Assembly (NCBI GenBank): GCA_951406725.2
Contig: OX597833.1
Span: 15,748,001-15,812,000, forward strand
Direction of reading: 5' to 3'
Length of the DNA: 64,000 nt
Source: Octopus vulgaris
Lineage: Eukaryota
Shown here piece by piece: positions 40,172 through 55,958 of the stretch. A program made the translations under genes and the position numbers. The number at the start of each line of letters is the position of its first letter. Position 1 is the first letter of the stretch. The notes below the pieces were generated by a model. It ran no database searches and was not told the DNA's origin. It saw only the letters and a list, made by a program, of their open reading frames with translations.

Positions 40172-40329
40172 TAGCCTTGTAATTATCTTTTATGTTTTGT
40201 AGTTAGTCGGGACAGTTTGTTAAGGTCATCTGAAAAGCTCGAAGCTGGTCTTCTTCAGACCTGATTTTGGAAGAGTGACCTCTCTGTGTCTTTTCCCGAT
40301 TGCCAGTTTGCTGAAAAGGATTTAACTAC

Positions 40330-41160
40330 GAAGACGGACAACATACATTGTTCATCCTGGTGACATGACTCAAACACGGAAGACGATGCTTTATGATTAA
40401 AGATTCAATGCTCTGTTTATTCACTATTTCGATCACGAAGATATTGGACCGATAGTCAAATCGCTTGATGCTCAACAGGGAACGAAGTTCCAGTTGATGA
40501 AAGCGTTCAAGGTTTTGATGTCGAGACGATACAAATCCCTACCTTTCTCAACCCTATTGGAGCGTGGATATAGCAACAATCTGGTAGACTACAATCTTCG
40601 TCTTCAAAATTAAGGCTTTGATGTTCTTATCATCCCTTCTCCTCAATCCAAGCCCACCTTCGCGATGGTATGAATGTTCATCGTGAACGACTCTTGGAAT
40701 TCTCATTTCCATATGGACTGAATCAAACTTACGTACTCGCTCCTTGTTGCAATGATCTTTGAACCTCCTAAGGATCAGCTAGGAGTCTGGATATAAAATA
40801 TCGTTTTGATGAAGTTTGGCATGGTTTTGATCAAAAGAAACTCACCAATACTATGCGGATCTCAGAACTCCAATATGTTGATTACAAAGAGGCGCCCAGT
40901 TATTCATGCTTCGAACTACAACATGCTGTCAATAATTTCACCAATGCGTATCACCATTTTGGGCTCACCCTAAGTACTAAAAGATCTCAAATACTCGTCC
41001 TGCCAACCACGAATTCTGGCCTCCAGGACTCTAACATCGTCGTTTCGGAAACAGTTTGAAGAATTTGTTCATTTTGCATACCTTAGAACTGTGCTCTCCA
41101 CCAAATACAATTCTGAGGAAGAAGTGGAACAAAGGAATAGGAATGGTAAAATCCAGGCAA
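40330..41160 (+). pseudogene. Decayed RTE-clade LINE RT fragment
   Basis: ISELQYVDY...ELQHAVNNFTNAYHHFGLTLSTKRSQIL resembles RTE ELQYADD...LQ...F......GL.....KT.V. Confidence 0.7.
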
Positions 41161-41307
41161 ATATTTTCTTTCATTTTTTCTTTTTCTTTTTAGCGTTCTC
41201 TAGTGAAACAACTTGGCTAACTAGGTCCACGATTCAGAATTGTCTGGAACCATGTTGTGCATACGCTTACATTCTCCCTACTGTTTGATTGGTTCAGAGA
41301 TAAGCTG

Positions 41308-42592
<1,285 letters not shown>

Positions 42593-43267
42593 AAAATCAG
42601 TAGATACTGATGAAATTAAATGGTCTATGTATTAGAATGTACTTGGATGTTTTACAATATGTATGCAAGTGTTTTTTCTATGTAAAAACATCTTTAGACG
42701 AATACATGGAAGGATTATTTAGAGATAAACATATACACATCACCATGCACACATATACGTTGCATTACTCTAGACTTGCACATTATTACACGCACCAATG
42801 TGTGTACATTCGCGTATTTGTTGAGGTGTGTCTGTGTGACTGTGTCTCTACGTACAAGTGTCTACTTATTAGGAAACTTTCCAAATATGAGAATGAGAGA
42901 CTGTTCTGTGTCTTGACAATGGGCCATAGAATAATAGATATGTTATTGCTGTTGCAATTACTCAGAACCGTATTCTTCTACAACAATCGTTAAGTTTGAC
43001 AGAGGGGAAAATGCCTACTATTTTGCTCTTTTTGGTTTGCACTTTCTATGTCTTTTCTTTTTGATATAACTGCTTTCCTTATCTTCCTTCTCCTTTCATT
43101 TGTACTTTCCTTCCATATATTTTGTCTTTATTTTAAATTCAGCTTATTTTTATTTCTATCTTCTTTCATTTTGATTTTTTTGTCTTTACTTTCTATGGTT
43201 TTTACGATGTGCTTTTCTTACTGAATTCTTCATTATTCTCGTTCCTTCTTTCTTTCTTACAGTCTTT

Positions 43268-43268
43268 C

Positions 43269-43345
<77 letters not shown>
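43268..43345. repeat. (CTTT)n microsatellite
   Basis: Direct reading. Confidence 0.95.
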
Positions 43346-43346
<1 letters not shown>

Positions 43347-44835
43347 AAGTGCAGTTTTTTCTTATTGTCTGTCATTCTAGCTACAACATTTCCTTCTGTC
43401 ATTCATGTTATAAACTTTCTCGCATTTCAACTAATATTTTCTTTTTAAACTTTCTTCGTATTTTTTCTCCTTTCACAAATAGACTATTTTTACAGTTTAC
43501 TATAATTTTTGTCTTACTGGCTTTTTTTAACATTGTCCTTTACTTCTCCTTTTTCGTGTTTTCTTTTCTTAAATTTTTATTTTATAAATCACATTTTCAA
43601 AAAATCATATTCATTTTCATCAAATAAATTTTAAAATATTGAGAAATACTAATAGGCTACGAAGCGTGATAGAAAAATCTACCTTGTAAACAAATGAGAA
43701 GAACTCAATGCATTTTTATCTGTTTTCGTTTGTTTTTAATTTTAAAACATATTTCACACTATTCTTATATTTAATAAATAATAAATGTTTTACCTACATT
43801 TATATTATATTTGTATTTGAATATATTTACCTAGATATGGACAGTTAGTTACAAATGTCCTTTATTTCAATAAACGATAGAAGAGTGAATGCAATATTTA
43901 TGACAGTAAAAGAAAGCAACTTATTGGTTTCTACCAGAAAACGGAACCAGCACGAAGATTGAATTTCTGATGAGTTTATAAGCTGCCCTATTGGCCCCCG
44001 ACACATATATATGCTTACACTAAAATCTTATGTTACTACACGACATAGAAGCAATAAGGAACGCCAATCATTTGAATGGTATTCAGTGTTGCCTTTATAT
44101 TTATTCCTTTTGTTAACGAATGCCTCACTTCAAATATATATATATCAAAGTGTCATGAACAGACAAGACAAAACCACTAGGGGAGATACGAAATATCTTG
44201 TTGACTTCAATTCCATTTACCTTTAACATAGTTTAGTAAAAGTTCCATTGATTTCATATTTCCGTTCCTTATCTCTAAGATTCAGAAGTACCACTCAAAT
44301 TTTCAGTTATTGCATGTGTGTGTTTTTGTGTGTAAGTAACCCATCTATATATGTGAGAGTGTATATATTTATATATATGAATGGTGCGATGAGTAAACTG
44401 TCGCTATTCTATAATTTTTTTATTTCGTGCATGCGCATTGCTTGTTTATGATTTTGTCGATTGCACAGTAATGTGGGGCCATTTGGGCACCATCTGTGAG
44501 AACAAAAGCCGAATGACGCATTTCACTCTGTCGCAAATTTGGAAATGACATGCCGTACTGCAAGGCATTCCCGCCAGAAACTCAAATACCAACATTTCAG
44601 TGTGTTTGGGTGTCGATCTGAGGACATTGCAAAGGATTGCGGAAGAGTTGGATGAATCTAATTGTGATTACAAACACACGGTAGCTAGGAAATTCCCGAA
44701 TCTGGTGGTGAGATTCAAGGCATGATTGACAACGATCCTTCCAAGACAATCGGGACCGTCACTAAGGAACATAGGTGTGTCTGAGTTTCTTATCAGGCAG
44801 GTAGTGCATAAAGACATTCGGTATTCTTCATACAA

Positions 44836-45256
44836 AAAAGGCGGCGAGCTGGCAGAAACGTTAGCACGCCGGGCGAAAAGCTTAGCGGTATTTCGTCTGC
44901 CGCTACGTTCTGAGTTCAAATTCCGCCGAGGTCGACTTTGCCTTTCATCCTTTCGGGGTCGATTAAATTAAGTACCAGTATTGCACTGGGGTAGATATAA
45001 TCGACTTAATCCGTTTGTCCGTCCTTGTTTGTCCACTCTGTGTTTAGCCCCTTGTGGGTAGTAAAGAAATAGGTATTTCGTCTGCCGCTACGTTCTGAGT
45101 TCAAATTCCGCCGAGGTCGACTTTGCCTTTCATCCTTTCGGGGTCGATTAAATTGAGTACCAGTTATGCACTGGTGTCGATATAATCGACTTAATCCCTT
45201 TGTCCGTCCTTGTTTGTCCACTCTGTGTTTAGCCCCTTGTGGGTAGTAAAGAAATA
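44836..45256 (+). mobile_element. SINE D dimer with Tx1-like tails
   Basis: 16-bp TSD GGTATTCTTCATACAA (44820-44835 and 45257-45272). Confidence 0.92.
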
Positions 45257-45548
45257 GGTATTCTTCATACAAGATGAGGCCAATTTTTATCACAAACCAT
45301 CATTGACAATAGGAAGGACTGTGCTACGAAGCTTTCGAACAAACTCAAGCATCCCCTCCAACAGAACATGTTTTGGTTTTTCTTAGACGAGAAAATAATT
45401 CTGCCAGGGTCAGATTGTGAATACACAGCGCAACCGTTGGTTTGTCGTGTCCCCAAAACATGTACTGAGAATGAGGAAAATGAAACATCCGGTCAACATC
45501 ATAGTGGTTGGAGTAATCACTAGTAATGGTGACGTTATGCCTCCATTC

Positions 45549-45932
45549 GTGGAGGCGCAATGGCCCAGTGGTTAGGGCAGCAGACTCGCGGTCGTAGAAT
45601 CGTGGTTTCGATTCCCAGACCGGGCGTTGTGAGTGTTTATTGAGCGAAAACACCTAAAAGCTCCACGAGGCTCCGGCAGGGGATGGTAGTGATCCCTGCT
45701 GTACTCTTTCACCACAACTTTCTCTCACTCTTACTTCCTGTTTCTGTTGTACCTGTATTTCAAAGGGCCGGCCTTGTCACTCTCTGTGTTACGCTGAATA
45801 TCCCCGAGAACTACGTTAAGGGTACACGCGTCTGTGGAATGCGCAGCCACTTACACGTTAATTTCACGAGCAGGCTGTTCCGTTGATCGGATCAACCGGA
45901 ACCCTCGTCGTCGTAACCGACGGAGTGCTTCC
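45549..45932 (+). mobile_element. SINE B, full length
   Basis: TSD ATGCCTCCATTC. Confidence 0.92.
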
Positions 45933-46476
45933 ATGCCTCCATTCATCCTCCCCCAAGGCCTTACATTCAACACAGTACACTACTTCAAGTGCCGACTGGA
46001 AGATGTAGAGTATCCCTGCATCAAGACAGAGGATGCTGGAAGATCCTATGTCTGGTAACAGGACTCTGCACCGTGCCGCACAAGCAGGAAAACCCAGTCA
46101 TAGCTGTCAGACAATTTCTAATTCCACATTATTCCTAACATCTGGCCACCTAACTCCCTAGTCTTTAACACCCTTGAATCTTATGTGTGGGGGTGCATTT
46201 GAGCGAGAGACCAGCAAAACTCCTAGCACCGAAGATGAAATGAAGGGAAGGATTAGTGCAGCATTCACCAAGAAGACCGTCAAGAATGTTGCAGGAGATT
46301 CCGAAGTCGCCTGGAGGCCGTCGATTTTATTGAGTAAATTAGCTCTTTAGCATTTCAAGATATTTTAAATGTAATTTTGGTAAATATATCTGTTAAAATG
46401 AGACGTCAATATTATTTTTATTTTTGCGTAATTTGGACGACAATATATTCAGCGAACTGTCTGTGTGTGTGTGTGC

Positions 46477-46562
<86 letters not shown>

Positions 46563-46565
46563 CTG

Positions 46566-46616
<51 letters not shown>

Positions 46617-46873
46617 GTATGTATATATATTAGCAATAATAAAAATGTGACAACAAAATAATGAATGAGACCTCAATATACTGCTGGTAGAATACCCAGT
46701 TATGAATACGCACATGTTTTTTATTGCATTGCAATTACATTACCTAGTGTACTAAATGGGTGAAAGTAAAGAGATATTTTATTATTAATTTATAGAGCAA
46801 TAAGAATATGGAGTACAATAGGTGGTTCATCAACTTTTAGACATTATATCATATCAACTTATTTATTTATTGC

Positions 46874-46937
<64 letters not shown>

Positions 46938-47668
46938 AACATAGATATCTTAGCATAGATACATACATACAAGGTAAAATGGCGATACATTCAACATATT
47001 TCCATCAATCTATTAATGAATATGCAACTCCAGTTTTCCTAATTAGCAGTATTTACTTTGGTTTCTTGCGTTTCTAAGAAACCCCTACTCCAATACACTC
47101 ACGCACATCCCCCTTTGTTCCCGATGTCTACAATTACAAAGAGTGGCAAGAAATTGTCGAACATTTTTCAGACCACCTATCAATTGTAATTAAAACAGAA
47201 GCACACATCAATAAACAAAATAGAAATCCTCCTTTGAATATTTTTTTTTACCAAAAAAAATAAAAGAAAGAAAGAAAGCGGAAAAAATTCAGAAAAAAAG
47301 CAAATGGTTTCAGAGCAGAAAATAGCCGTTATCAACCTAGACAATGCACACATTGTCAGATATCCAGACAAACTAAATACAATCGCGTCTCCAAAAACAT
47401 CAAAATTCAGTGTTAAAAAATACATACAACAGAAATACATTCTAAAAGACAAATGTTGAATATACAACCAAGACAAAAAGTTAGCAGCAGAAGAATGGAC
47501 TGCAAAAAAAGTAAAGACAATAGTGAAAATAATAAGACATATGTGCAGAGAATACTAGCAAGTATTAGTATTGATGATAAATTATAGGGATACCGGTACA
47601 ACTCTACGCATATTAATTATTATCACCAACACAAAATCTTCATTATCATTATCATTAACAACCACAAT

Positions 47669-48048
47669 GGAAGCACTCCGTCGGTTACGACGACGAGGGT
47701 TCCGGTTGATCCGATCAACGGAACAGCGTGCTCGTAAAATTAACGTGTAAGTGGCTGAGCACTCCACAGACACGTGTACCCTTAACGTAGTTCTCGGGGA
47801 TATTCAGCGTGACACAGAGAGTGATAAGGCCGGCCCTTTGAAATACAGGTACAACAGAAACAGGAAGTAAGAGTGAGAGAAAGTTGTGGTGAAAGAGTAC
47901 AGCAGGGATCACCACCATCCCCTGCCGGAGCCTCGTGGGGCTTTAGGTGTTTTTCGCTCAATAAACACTCACAACGCCCGGTCTGGGAATCGAAACCACG
48001 ATCCTACGACTGCGAGTCCGCTACCCTAACCACTAGGCCATTGCGCCC
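47669..48048 (-). mobile_element. SINE B, full length
   Basis: TSD ACAACCACAAT. Confidence 0.92.
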
Positions 48049-48368
48049 ACAACCACAATAAGCACATGTGATGCTATATCATAATAATACAAATAATATT
48101 CCAGCAATGCCGCTCCAAGCAAAGTCTTTCCACAGATATTTCCAAAAATAAAAATCGCTCTCAAGAGTTAGAACTTAAAAGCTACGTTTGATACACAAGT
48201 TTCACGAGTCAACTATTTTTTTTTTTGCCATTCACCCGAACAAGAAATAATAAAATCGAAAAAGTCATTTGCATTGATAAATCATAAATACAAATTGTCA
48301 GAAGAAATCAATGCATTATGGGGACATTTAGAGCGACTCTCGCCAAAAGCGCTATTATTTCAGGATTC

Positions 48369-48499
48369 CGCATCCTTTCGGGGTCGATTAAATAAGTACC
48401 AGTTACACGCACTGGGGTCGATATAATCGACTTAATCCGTTTGTCTGTCCTTGTTTGTCCTCTCTGTGTTTAGCCCCTTGTGGGTAGTAAAGAAATAGG
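48369..48499 (+). mobile_element. 5'-truncated SINE D with Tx1-like tail
   Basis: 16-bp TSD TATTATTTCAGGATTC. Confidence 0.9.
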
Positions 48500-49655
48500 T
48501 ATTATTTCAGGATTCAAGGAGCTGGTAAAAATGATGATTATTTGAAGGCCCAAGCAATATAACATCATACAGGCCTTTGCCCTCATATTAAATGCACTCA
48601 AACATTTCAGAAAGTGTAATTCATTGTATTACTAACCCACGCACCATCTTCACCGAAGGAAACACCGGGATAGACCACTATACTCAACTGATAGAAAACT
48701 CAAAACACATAGAATAAACATTTTACTTTTATGCCAGCACAACCCCTCAACTGTAAAAGGGCCTTGGAAAATAACGGTCATACATTCACAAAAACAGTAT
48801 CCGTAAGAAAAATCACGGGTGTCATCGAAAGCTAGAACTACTCGGACTGAAACAAAAAAAAATCTGGAACATGCACAGCACACCTCCTAGATATAACACA
48901 GAAATATAAATGAGGAACACGCATAAAAACAGCAAATGCACGTAACATTTTGCAATTGCGAGTTCCTAGTTTCGATCTCACTGGGTGGGGTTTTAGGTAA
49001 GACGTTACTATCATAGCATCGTTTGATCCCCCATCCCCGATAAATAACATCGTGGGTGAAATTGTAGAGATGGTCCATGTAATTCACACTGAAGCTTCGT
49101 TAGAAATGATTTGTCGATGTATATTTGTACTGTTACACACAAATTCAATGTACAAATAGTTAAGCTGGTCGAACAACCAAACAGTAAACGTTGAAACCGA
49201 AGGGAATTCATTTTATGATTGTGTGCATGAACTAGTAACTTACAAATTAAGTGTTACGATGGAATTCTAACATTTAGCGATTGTCTGAAATAACATGAGA
49301 GCGAAGGGAACACGAACTGACATAAACGTTCCGCATTGTCAACAGTTTTCTCGTCTCCATCACAAAAACGATTCGAATACTATTTAGAAAGTGTCATTTA
49401 CTTAGAAATAATTAGAAACACTTGGGAGAAGTCATGCAAATTATAACAATAATGCGTGTCCTTATAATTAACCTGCTGCATAGTGGCGTGTGTTTAGCTT
49501 AAGAACTTAACAGAGATTAGCTGTCACTGAACGTAGAGAAGATGGAAAACAGCGACTCATTAGCTACGAAGGAAAATATGGCGTGCTGAAATCAACAGGA
49601 GGTTAGGTAGAATATATAGAAATACAGTTCTATATTTAAGAGATGAGGAATTATG

Positions 49656-49933
49656 TACATTATTTACATTTGACGGATATTTCTCCTCATCTTGTTTGTT
49701 GTTAATGCAACGTCTTGGCTGATATACCCTCCAGGCTTCATCAGGTGTCTTGGGGGATATTTCGAACCTGGGTTCTCATAAAATATACCTTCGGAAAAAA
49801 TACCTCAGGAACGAGAACCCGAGTTTGGAATTTCCCCAAGACACTTGAGGAAGGTTTGGGGGTATAACAGCCGAAACGTTGTGTTAACAACAAACAAGTT
49901 GAGGACAAATATACGTCAAGTGTAAATAATGTA
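49656..49933. mobile_element. Foldback element with ~120-bp arms, each with a partly mutated hammerhead
   Basis: 49656-49777 is inverted relative to 49813-49933; consensus GACAC-CUGAUGA-A-GGCUG/CAGCC-GAAA-CG-UU-GUGUU. Confidence 0.75.
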
Positions 49934-50198
49934 AAATATATAGAAATTTAGTAAATGATTTGAGAAATCCTTGAGCCATGCAGAAAATCTAAAGGCAAGG
50001 TTTACAATTTTTTGTTCGAGATTGTCAATCAGGCTGCAAGGTGGTGATGAAATGCACAAAATACATAGACACACGACGAATTATTCAGTGGGTGAGAGGC
50101 AGGAAGACTTCATCATATTTTAACAATTGGGATATATATAAGCATATATATGTGTATGTTCATACACACATACATACATACATACATCTTTATATATA

Positions 50199-50261
<63 letters not shown>

Positions 50262-50343
50262 AAAAACGGTAAGATTTCTACCTCGACATCCGAAACTCAG
50301 AGTTTTATCTTGGCTCTTGAATATTTGTCACGTATTATTTTAC

Positions 50344-50399
<56 letters not shown>

Positions 50400-50402
<3 letters not shown>

Positions 50403-50586
50403 ACCGTTACGAAATATTTACCCGACGTGTTTCTTTCAGTTTCCGTCTGCCAAATCCACTCACATGGTTTTGGTCGACCCGAGGCTATAGTAGAAGACAC
50501 TTGACCAGGGTGCCACGCAGTGGGACTGAACCCGGAACCATGTGGTTGGGAAACAAGCTTCTTGCCACACAGTCACGCCCGCGCCT
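50400..50586 (-). mobile_element. SINE A 5' half
   Basis: Family match. Confidence 0.85.
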
Positions 50587-51064
50587 ATATGTATCCCTAC
50601 GTGTATTTATATGTACGTATATATGTATATTCAAGTACATGTGTGTACATATATATATATATATATTAATTTATCCACGTTATACAAAGATATTTTATTT
50701 AAACCTGTAATTTCTGCGTTTATAAGTAGGCTATTATATCCTACGCACTCAACTGAATTTTTGTTTCCCTGGTAACTATTTGTATTTTCATTGTTTCTTG
50801 TACACATTGAGAAGATATTTGAATTTTCTTTCACGGATTAGTACGTTATGTACACAAACACACACACACACACATACATAAACATATTATGTGGGTGATA
50901 AATTCAGCCGAGACGTTAGCATCCTATTTGATTCTTCAAAGGCTTCAAAATGTAAATATATTTACTGGCTTGTGGACATTTATTAATGGTTTTCCCATTG
51001 CGTTGATGAGCGATTTTCTATCATTAATAAAGATGTCGGCAGTTTCTCCGACACGGGAATTGTA

Positions 51065-51114
<50 letters not shown>

Positions 51115-51116
<2 letters not shown>

Positions 51117-51699
51117 TCTTTTACTCTTTTACTTGTTTCAGTCATTTGGCTGTGGCCATGCTGGAGCACCGCCTTTAGTCGAGCAAATCTTACCCCAGGT
51201 CTTATTCTTTGTAAGCCTAGTACTTATTCCATCGGTCTCTTTTGCCGAACCGCTAAGTTACGGGGACGTAAACACAAACACACACACACTTAGTATGTGA
51301 CCTCGTCTGTATCACTAGCGATTTTTTTCCCCTGTCTTCCCATCTCGGGATCTTTCCTTCTCCTATGTTTCCGAAGAAAAGAGCTCCGCTCGAAACGTCA
51401 AACCCTCCTCCTTCCCTTCTTTCCTGAGCGTCCAATAATACTATATTTGTTCCACGTCCTTGCGTTGTTGTTTGTTTTTTTTTGTTTTCTTGTTTGGATT
51501 AACTTTATATATATATATACATATATATATATGTACGACGGGCTTCTTTCAGTTTCCGTCTACGAAATCCACTCACAAGGCTTTGGTCGGCCCGAGGCTA
51601 TAGTAGAAGACACTTGCCCAAGGTGCCACACAGTGGGACTGAACTCTGAACCATGTGGTTTGTAAGCAAGCTATTTACCACACAGCCACTCCTACGCCT
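51115..51699 (-). mobile_element. SINE A carrying a family E insertion in its internal microsatellite
   Basis: A tail 51115-51290, A head 51535-51699. Confidence 0.85.
51297..51506 (+). mobile_element. Hammerhead-bearing family E, copy 2
   Basis: GUUU-CCGAAGA-AAA-GAGC(UCC)GCUC-GAAA-CG-UC-AAAC at 51367-51403. Confidence 0.7.
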
Positions 51700-52009
51700 A
51701 TATATATATATGAACAATATTTTCAAAGCAAAATTTTTAATATATCTGTGTTGATATACTTGTGTGTGTTTTTCTGTATGTATATGTGTGTGCATGTGTG
51801 TGTATGTGTTTGAAACCGATAAACTAATATAAATTAGGATCAAAATTTGAAGTTTTATTTTGATTGAATTTCCAGCATCTTGAGAGGAAACCTTTGAATG
51901 GTATTCTTCTCTTAGAGCAGCTGAGACTGTCATCATTCCCATATCGTTTGTTGTTTGGTTCTTCTCTCTCTGGTGTGACAGTCGAGGTACATTTTGTTTC
52001 ATTATACGC

Positions 52010-52520
52010 ATGTATGTATGTATGTATGTATGTATGTATGTATGTATGTATGTTTGTTTGTTTATATGTATGTACGTATGTATGTAGGTATATATGTATG
52101 CATGTATGTATGTATGTATGTATGTTTGTATGTATGTATGTATGTTTGTTTGTTTGTTTGTATGTATGTATGTATGTATGTATGTATGTTTGTTTGTATG
52201 TATGTATGTATGTATGTATGTATGTATGTGTGTGTATGTATGTATGTATGTATGTATGCATGCATGTATGTATGTGTGTATGTATGTATGTATGTATGTT
52301 TGTTTGTTTGTATATATGTATGTATGTATATATGTATGTTTGTTTGTATGTATGTATGTATGTATATATGTATGTATGTATGTATGTGTGTGTATGTATG
52401 TATGTATGTATGAATGCATGCATGCATGTGTGTATGTGTCTATGTATGTTTGTATGTATGTATGTATGTGTGTGTGTATGTATGTATGTATGTATGTATG
52501 TATGTATGTATGTATGTATT
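52010..52520. repeat. (TATG)n compound microsatellite
   Basis: Direct reading. Confidence 0.95.
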
Positions 52521-53578
52521 GATGGATGGCTGGATGGATGGATTGATGATTTTCCTTTTTAATATTCCACATCAATTTTCACTTTCTTGCAAAAATCTCT
52601 TGAGTTTTTTAAACAAACCACTGATTCATTCAGTCTTTATTCTTCTCTATTTCTCCATTCATTAAAAAAAAAAATCCACCCGTCTTTAAAAATTTAAATA
52701 ATCTTTTCAAATCTCTTCAATTTTTTTTTTGTTGTTGTTATTTCTACGTTTCCATCCCATATGGCTAATGCCATTATTAGAGATTATTAGAAGCTTAGAG
52801 TGATCCCCAATTCTTTTTACATCGTTTACAAAATAAATCTTCACATGATCTCCACACATAAAAAGTTAATGAGGAAGATTTAAGAGAACTGCGCCTTCCA
52901 CTACCCCTGCCTTTACATCATCGTATATCCTAATATGTCTGTGTATGTGCTGTTACAGCGTGTCTTCCTCTTTAATCAACTGTGTGTGCTTATTAATGTC
53001 TTGAGGTGTTATCTCTAAGAGGACATACTATTTCTAATTGAGATCTGTTTTTCTATTTGTTTGCATGTGTAATATCCTCTGTTCATGTTTCCAGTCAGGC
53101 TGCCTTTTATTCTATCGTCCTTATATTTCTATCAGACCCTTTCTCTCTTTCAATACGCGTTGTTTTCTTGCTATCATGCACTCTTAAAAATGCAACGCAA
53201 AGATTTCCATTTCATAAAAGTGTGCTAATTCAAATGTCTAATAAACGTGAAATAAATAAATAGATAAGTGTATTGTGCACGCCTCATTTTTAGTGTAAAT
53301 GTATTCAATCGTTTATGAAGTAGATGCCGTTTTAAAAAAATATATATATTCAATATTGTAATTGATATAAAATGTTTGGACATGGACAGAAAAACATTTT
53401 AAAAAGAGAAATGTGTTTTTGATTAAATTTCTAAACTGAGTGCTAATACAAATTGAAGATGAATATAATATTGACACAGCAAAGTAGAACAGATGATGTA
53501 TTCATTAGATAAAGCCTAAGTACTTTATGTCCAATATCGCAAATGGGAAGTTTATTTATGTGTGTTGAAGTGTGGATG

Positions 53579-53630
<52 letters not shown>

Positions 53631-53694
53631 AATGTCGAACGACGAGAATGAGTGCTCAACACTGCATCGAAGGATAAAAGTTATTTAATTGTGA

Positions 53695-54062
53695 ACTAGC
53701 AGTATCGCCCGGCGTTGCTCGGGTACGTTTCCACCTTTTAGAATTGGAATTTTTGAAAAGTTAAAATTCTGAATTATGTAGCTTGTTATTCTCTTTAAGT
53801 GAACATTCTTCTCGTTGAAATACACCAACAAATGGCGATAGAGCAGTCAATAAATTGTAATAAAATAGGGATTTTCATAGAAAAAAAGCACCTTTTTGAT
53901 GTAAATAATTTTTGGTGTTAACATGGTCCGATTTGAAGTCTCTTTTCTATCATACTTTCAATTTTGGTCAACTTGTGCCGCAGGGTCTCGGAGGAGATAG
54001 TGTTAGTTGAAGGCTACGAAACCTGCCATACACAGACAACTTCAGCTTTATATATAGGGAGA
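53695..54062 (+). mobile_element. Non-autonomous rolling-circle-type (Helentron/HINE-like) element
   Basis: 5' ACTAGC with hairpin CCCGGCGTTGCTCGGG; 3' CAGCTTTATATATAG; a similar start at 56908. Confidence 0.55.
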
Positions 54063-54111
54063 TTAAGGCTATCATTCTACCATTAGTTTTATGTTAAGAA
54101 AAATATATTAA

Positions 54112-54520
54112 TAGGCGCAGGAGTGGCTGTGTGGTAAGTAGCTTGCTAACCAACCACATGGTTCCGGGTTCAGTCCCACTGCGTGGCATCTTGGGCAAGT
54201 GTCTTCTGCTATAGCCCCGGACCGACCAATGCTTTGTGAGTGGATTTGGTAGACAGAAACAGAAAGAAGCCTGTCGTATATATGTATATATATATATGTA
54301 TGTGTGTGTATGTGTTTGTGTGTCTATGTTTGCCCCCCCTAGCATTGCTTGACAACCGATGCTGGTGTGTTTACGTCCCCGTTACTTGGCGGTTCGGCAA
54401 AAGAACCGATAGAATAAGTACTGAGCTTACAAAGAATAAGTCCCGGGGTCGATTTTCTCAACTAAAGGCGGTGCTCCAGCATGGCGGCAGTCAAATGACT
54501 GAAACAAGTAAAAAAGTTTT
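54112..54520 (+). mobile_element. SINE A, full length
   Basis: Intact uninterrupted head TGTGGTAAGTAGCTTGCT. Confidence 0.92.
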
Positions 54521-55394
54521 AAAAAAAGTAAAGTAAAGTACTATCTTTATTTTTCAGGCAGATCACATGGATGAATGATGTTCGTTTCCCTTAATGCCTA
54601 ATCAGAAGATCCATGCCTCACGTCTATTGATATTCATTTCAATGCGTAGGACTGAGGTGTAAACACAGAAACTAAACATTTTAGACTCGACCAGCAGGGA
54701 GCTGATTGCATTCCGCACACAAAAACGTACAGAAACAAACATGCGCCGATACACACAAGCATCGCACACAGATACACAATGAGGGATTTAATTTGCAAAT
54801 TTGTAAATAGTAGACTGTTTGCAGACGAAATAATCGTCATATTACGGGACCAATGTTGGAAACGTATTGACTGTACAGAGCGAAATACTCCAACATTAAT
54901 TCCACGTTTGCACAGCATAACAGATTCGACTGAAATATATATTTTAAAACTACACACAGTCCAACGTTGACTGAGAGCGTTAATTCAACATTACTGACAT
55001 GATAAATATATTTCCACTGGCAGCTGAATGAAGTAATTGCCAGTAAGACACGTAATTGATTAGTTATATTAATTAAACATTCACTTTAGTTGAATTAGCC
55101 GAGTTTTATAATCAATTTGCAATAGTGTCAGAATTGTACAATAATATACACAATACTAGGCTGTAATAAGTTTCTCACTTGATTTAGTATTCAAGTTGCA
55201 ATGTTGATAATTTCTTGTCCATTCCTTCGAAGTTAATAAACCAGCTGCCATTTTAATCAACAAGGTCATTTATAATTATTGATCAAATTTAGATTTCACA
55301 GCTAAACCGAATATACATTACTGGGGATGTTTAAATAACGAAACACGTCTTTTGAATAAAGCACTCAGTTTTAAGTAAGATTCGCTCCAAAATA

Positions 55395-55958
55395 TTGGGC
55401 TGTCCGGAAAGTTCGTGCCAATTTATATTTGCTTACATTTCGACTTATTTTAGAACATGGTTGTGCCCATAAAATAATATTTGACTACACCTGCATTTAG
55501 AGCACAGTTTAAGCTATCTTTTCGTGGAAGAAGATTTATGTTCCTATAACCTGTGTTGAATCTGTAACACTTTAAAATGGAAGATAAGAAAGTTCATTTT
55601 CAGCACTTGATGTTTTGTGAACCAGACAAAAATTGCTGTAGCTCGGCTGGGATGTGTTACCCCACCCTCCATATTCACCAGATATTGCTCCTTCGGATTT
55701 CCATATATTCAGGTCTCTGCAGAATAGACTTAATGGTAAAAATTTCAATTCCTTGGATGACGTAAAAAGATATCTTAATGAATTCTTTGCCATTAAACCA
55801 TCTCGATTCTGAGAAGAGGGTATTTTCAAGTTAAAGGAAAGATGGAGACGCATTGAGCAACAAAATTGTTCATATTTGGTTTATTAAAAATGTAATGGCA
55901 AGTATTATTAACCTTATTCTTTCCTTTAAAATCGGCAGGAAATTTCCGGACAACCCTA
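55395..55958 (+). mobile_element. Internally deleted mariner element, copy 3
   Basis: TA TSD, TIRs, HPPYSPDIAPSDFHIFRSLQN. Confidence 0.92.

Larger units (their letters stand above)
44377..46462 (+). mobile_element. Decayed Tc1/mariner element of DD37D (maT) type, interrupted by two SINEs
   Basis: GVSEFLIRQVVHKDIRY, WFFLDEK, GRSYVW*QDSAPC, IWPPNS..FN.L.SYVWG remnants; degenerate TIRs. Confidence 0.85.

Noticed and set aside
43960-44000. Isolated CTGATGA (also near 9774 and 42607)
   Set aside because: No paired stems or correctly placed GAAA; expected by chance
47180-49050. A-rich stretch that may be a decayed LINE ORF
   Set aside because: Motifs too degraded to assign by eye
54558-54665. 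Possible exon after the acceptor-like TTTTTCAG
   Set aside because: Stops in all three frames within 40 nt
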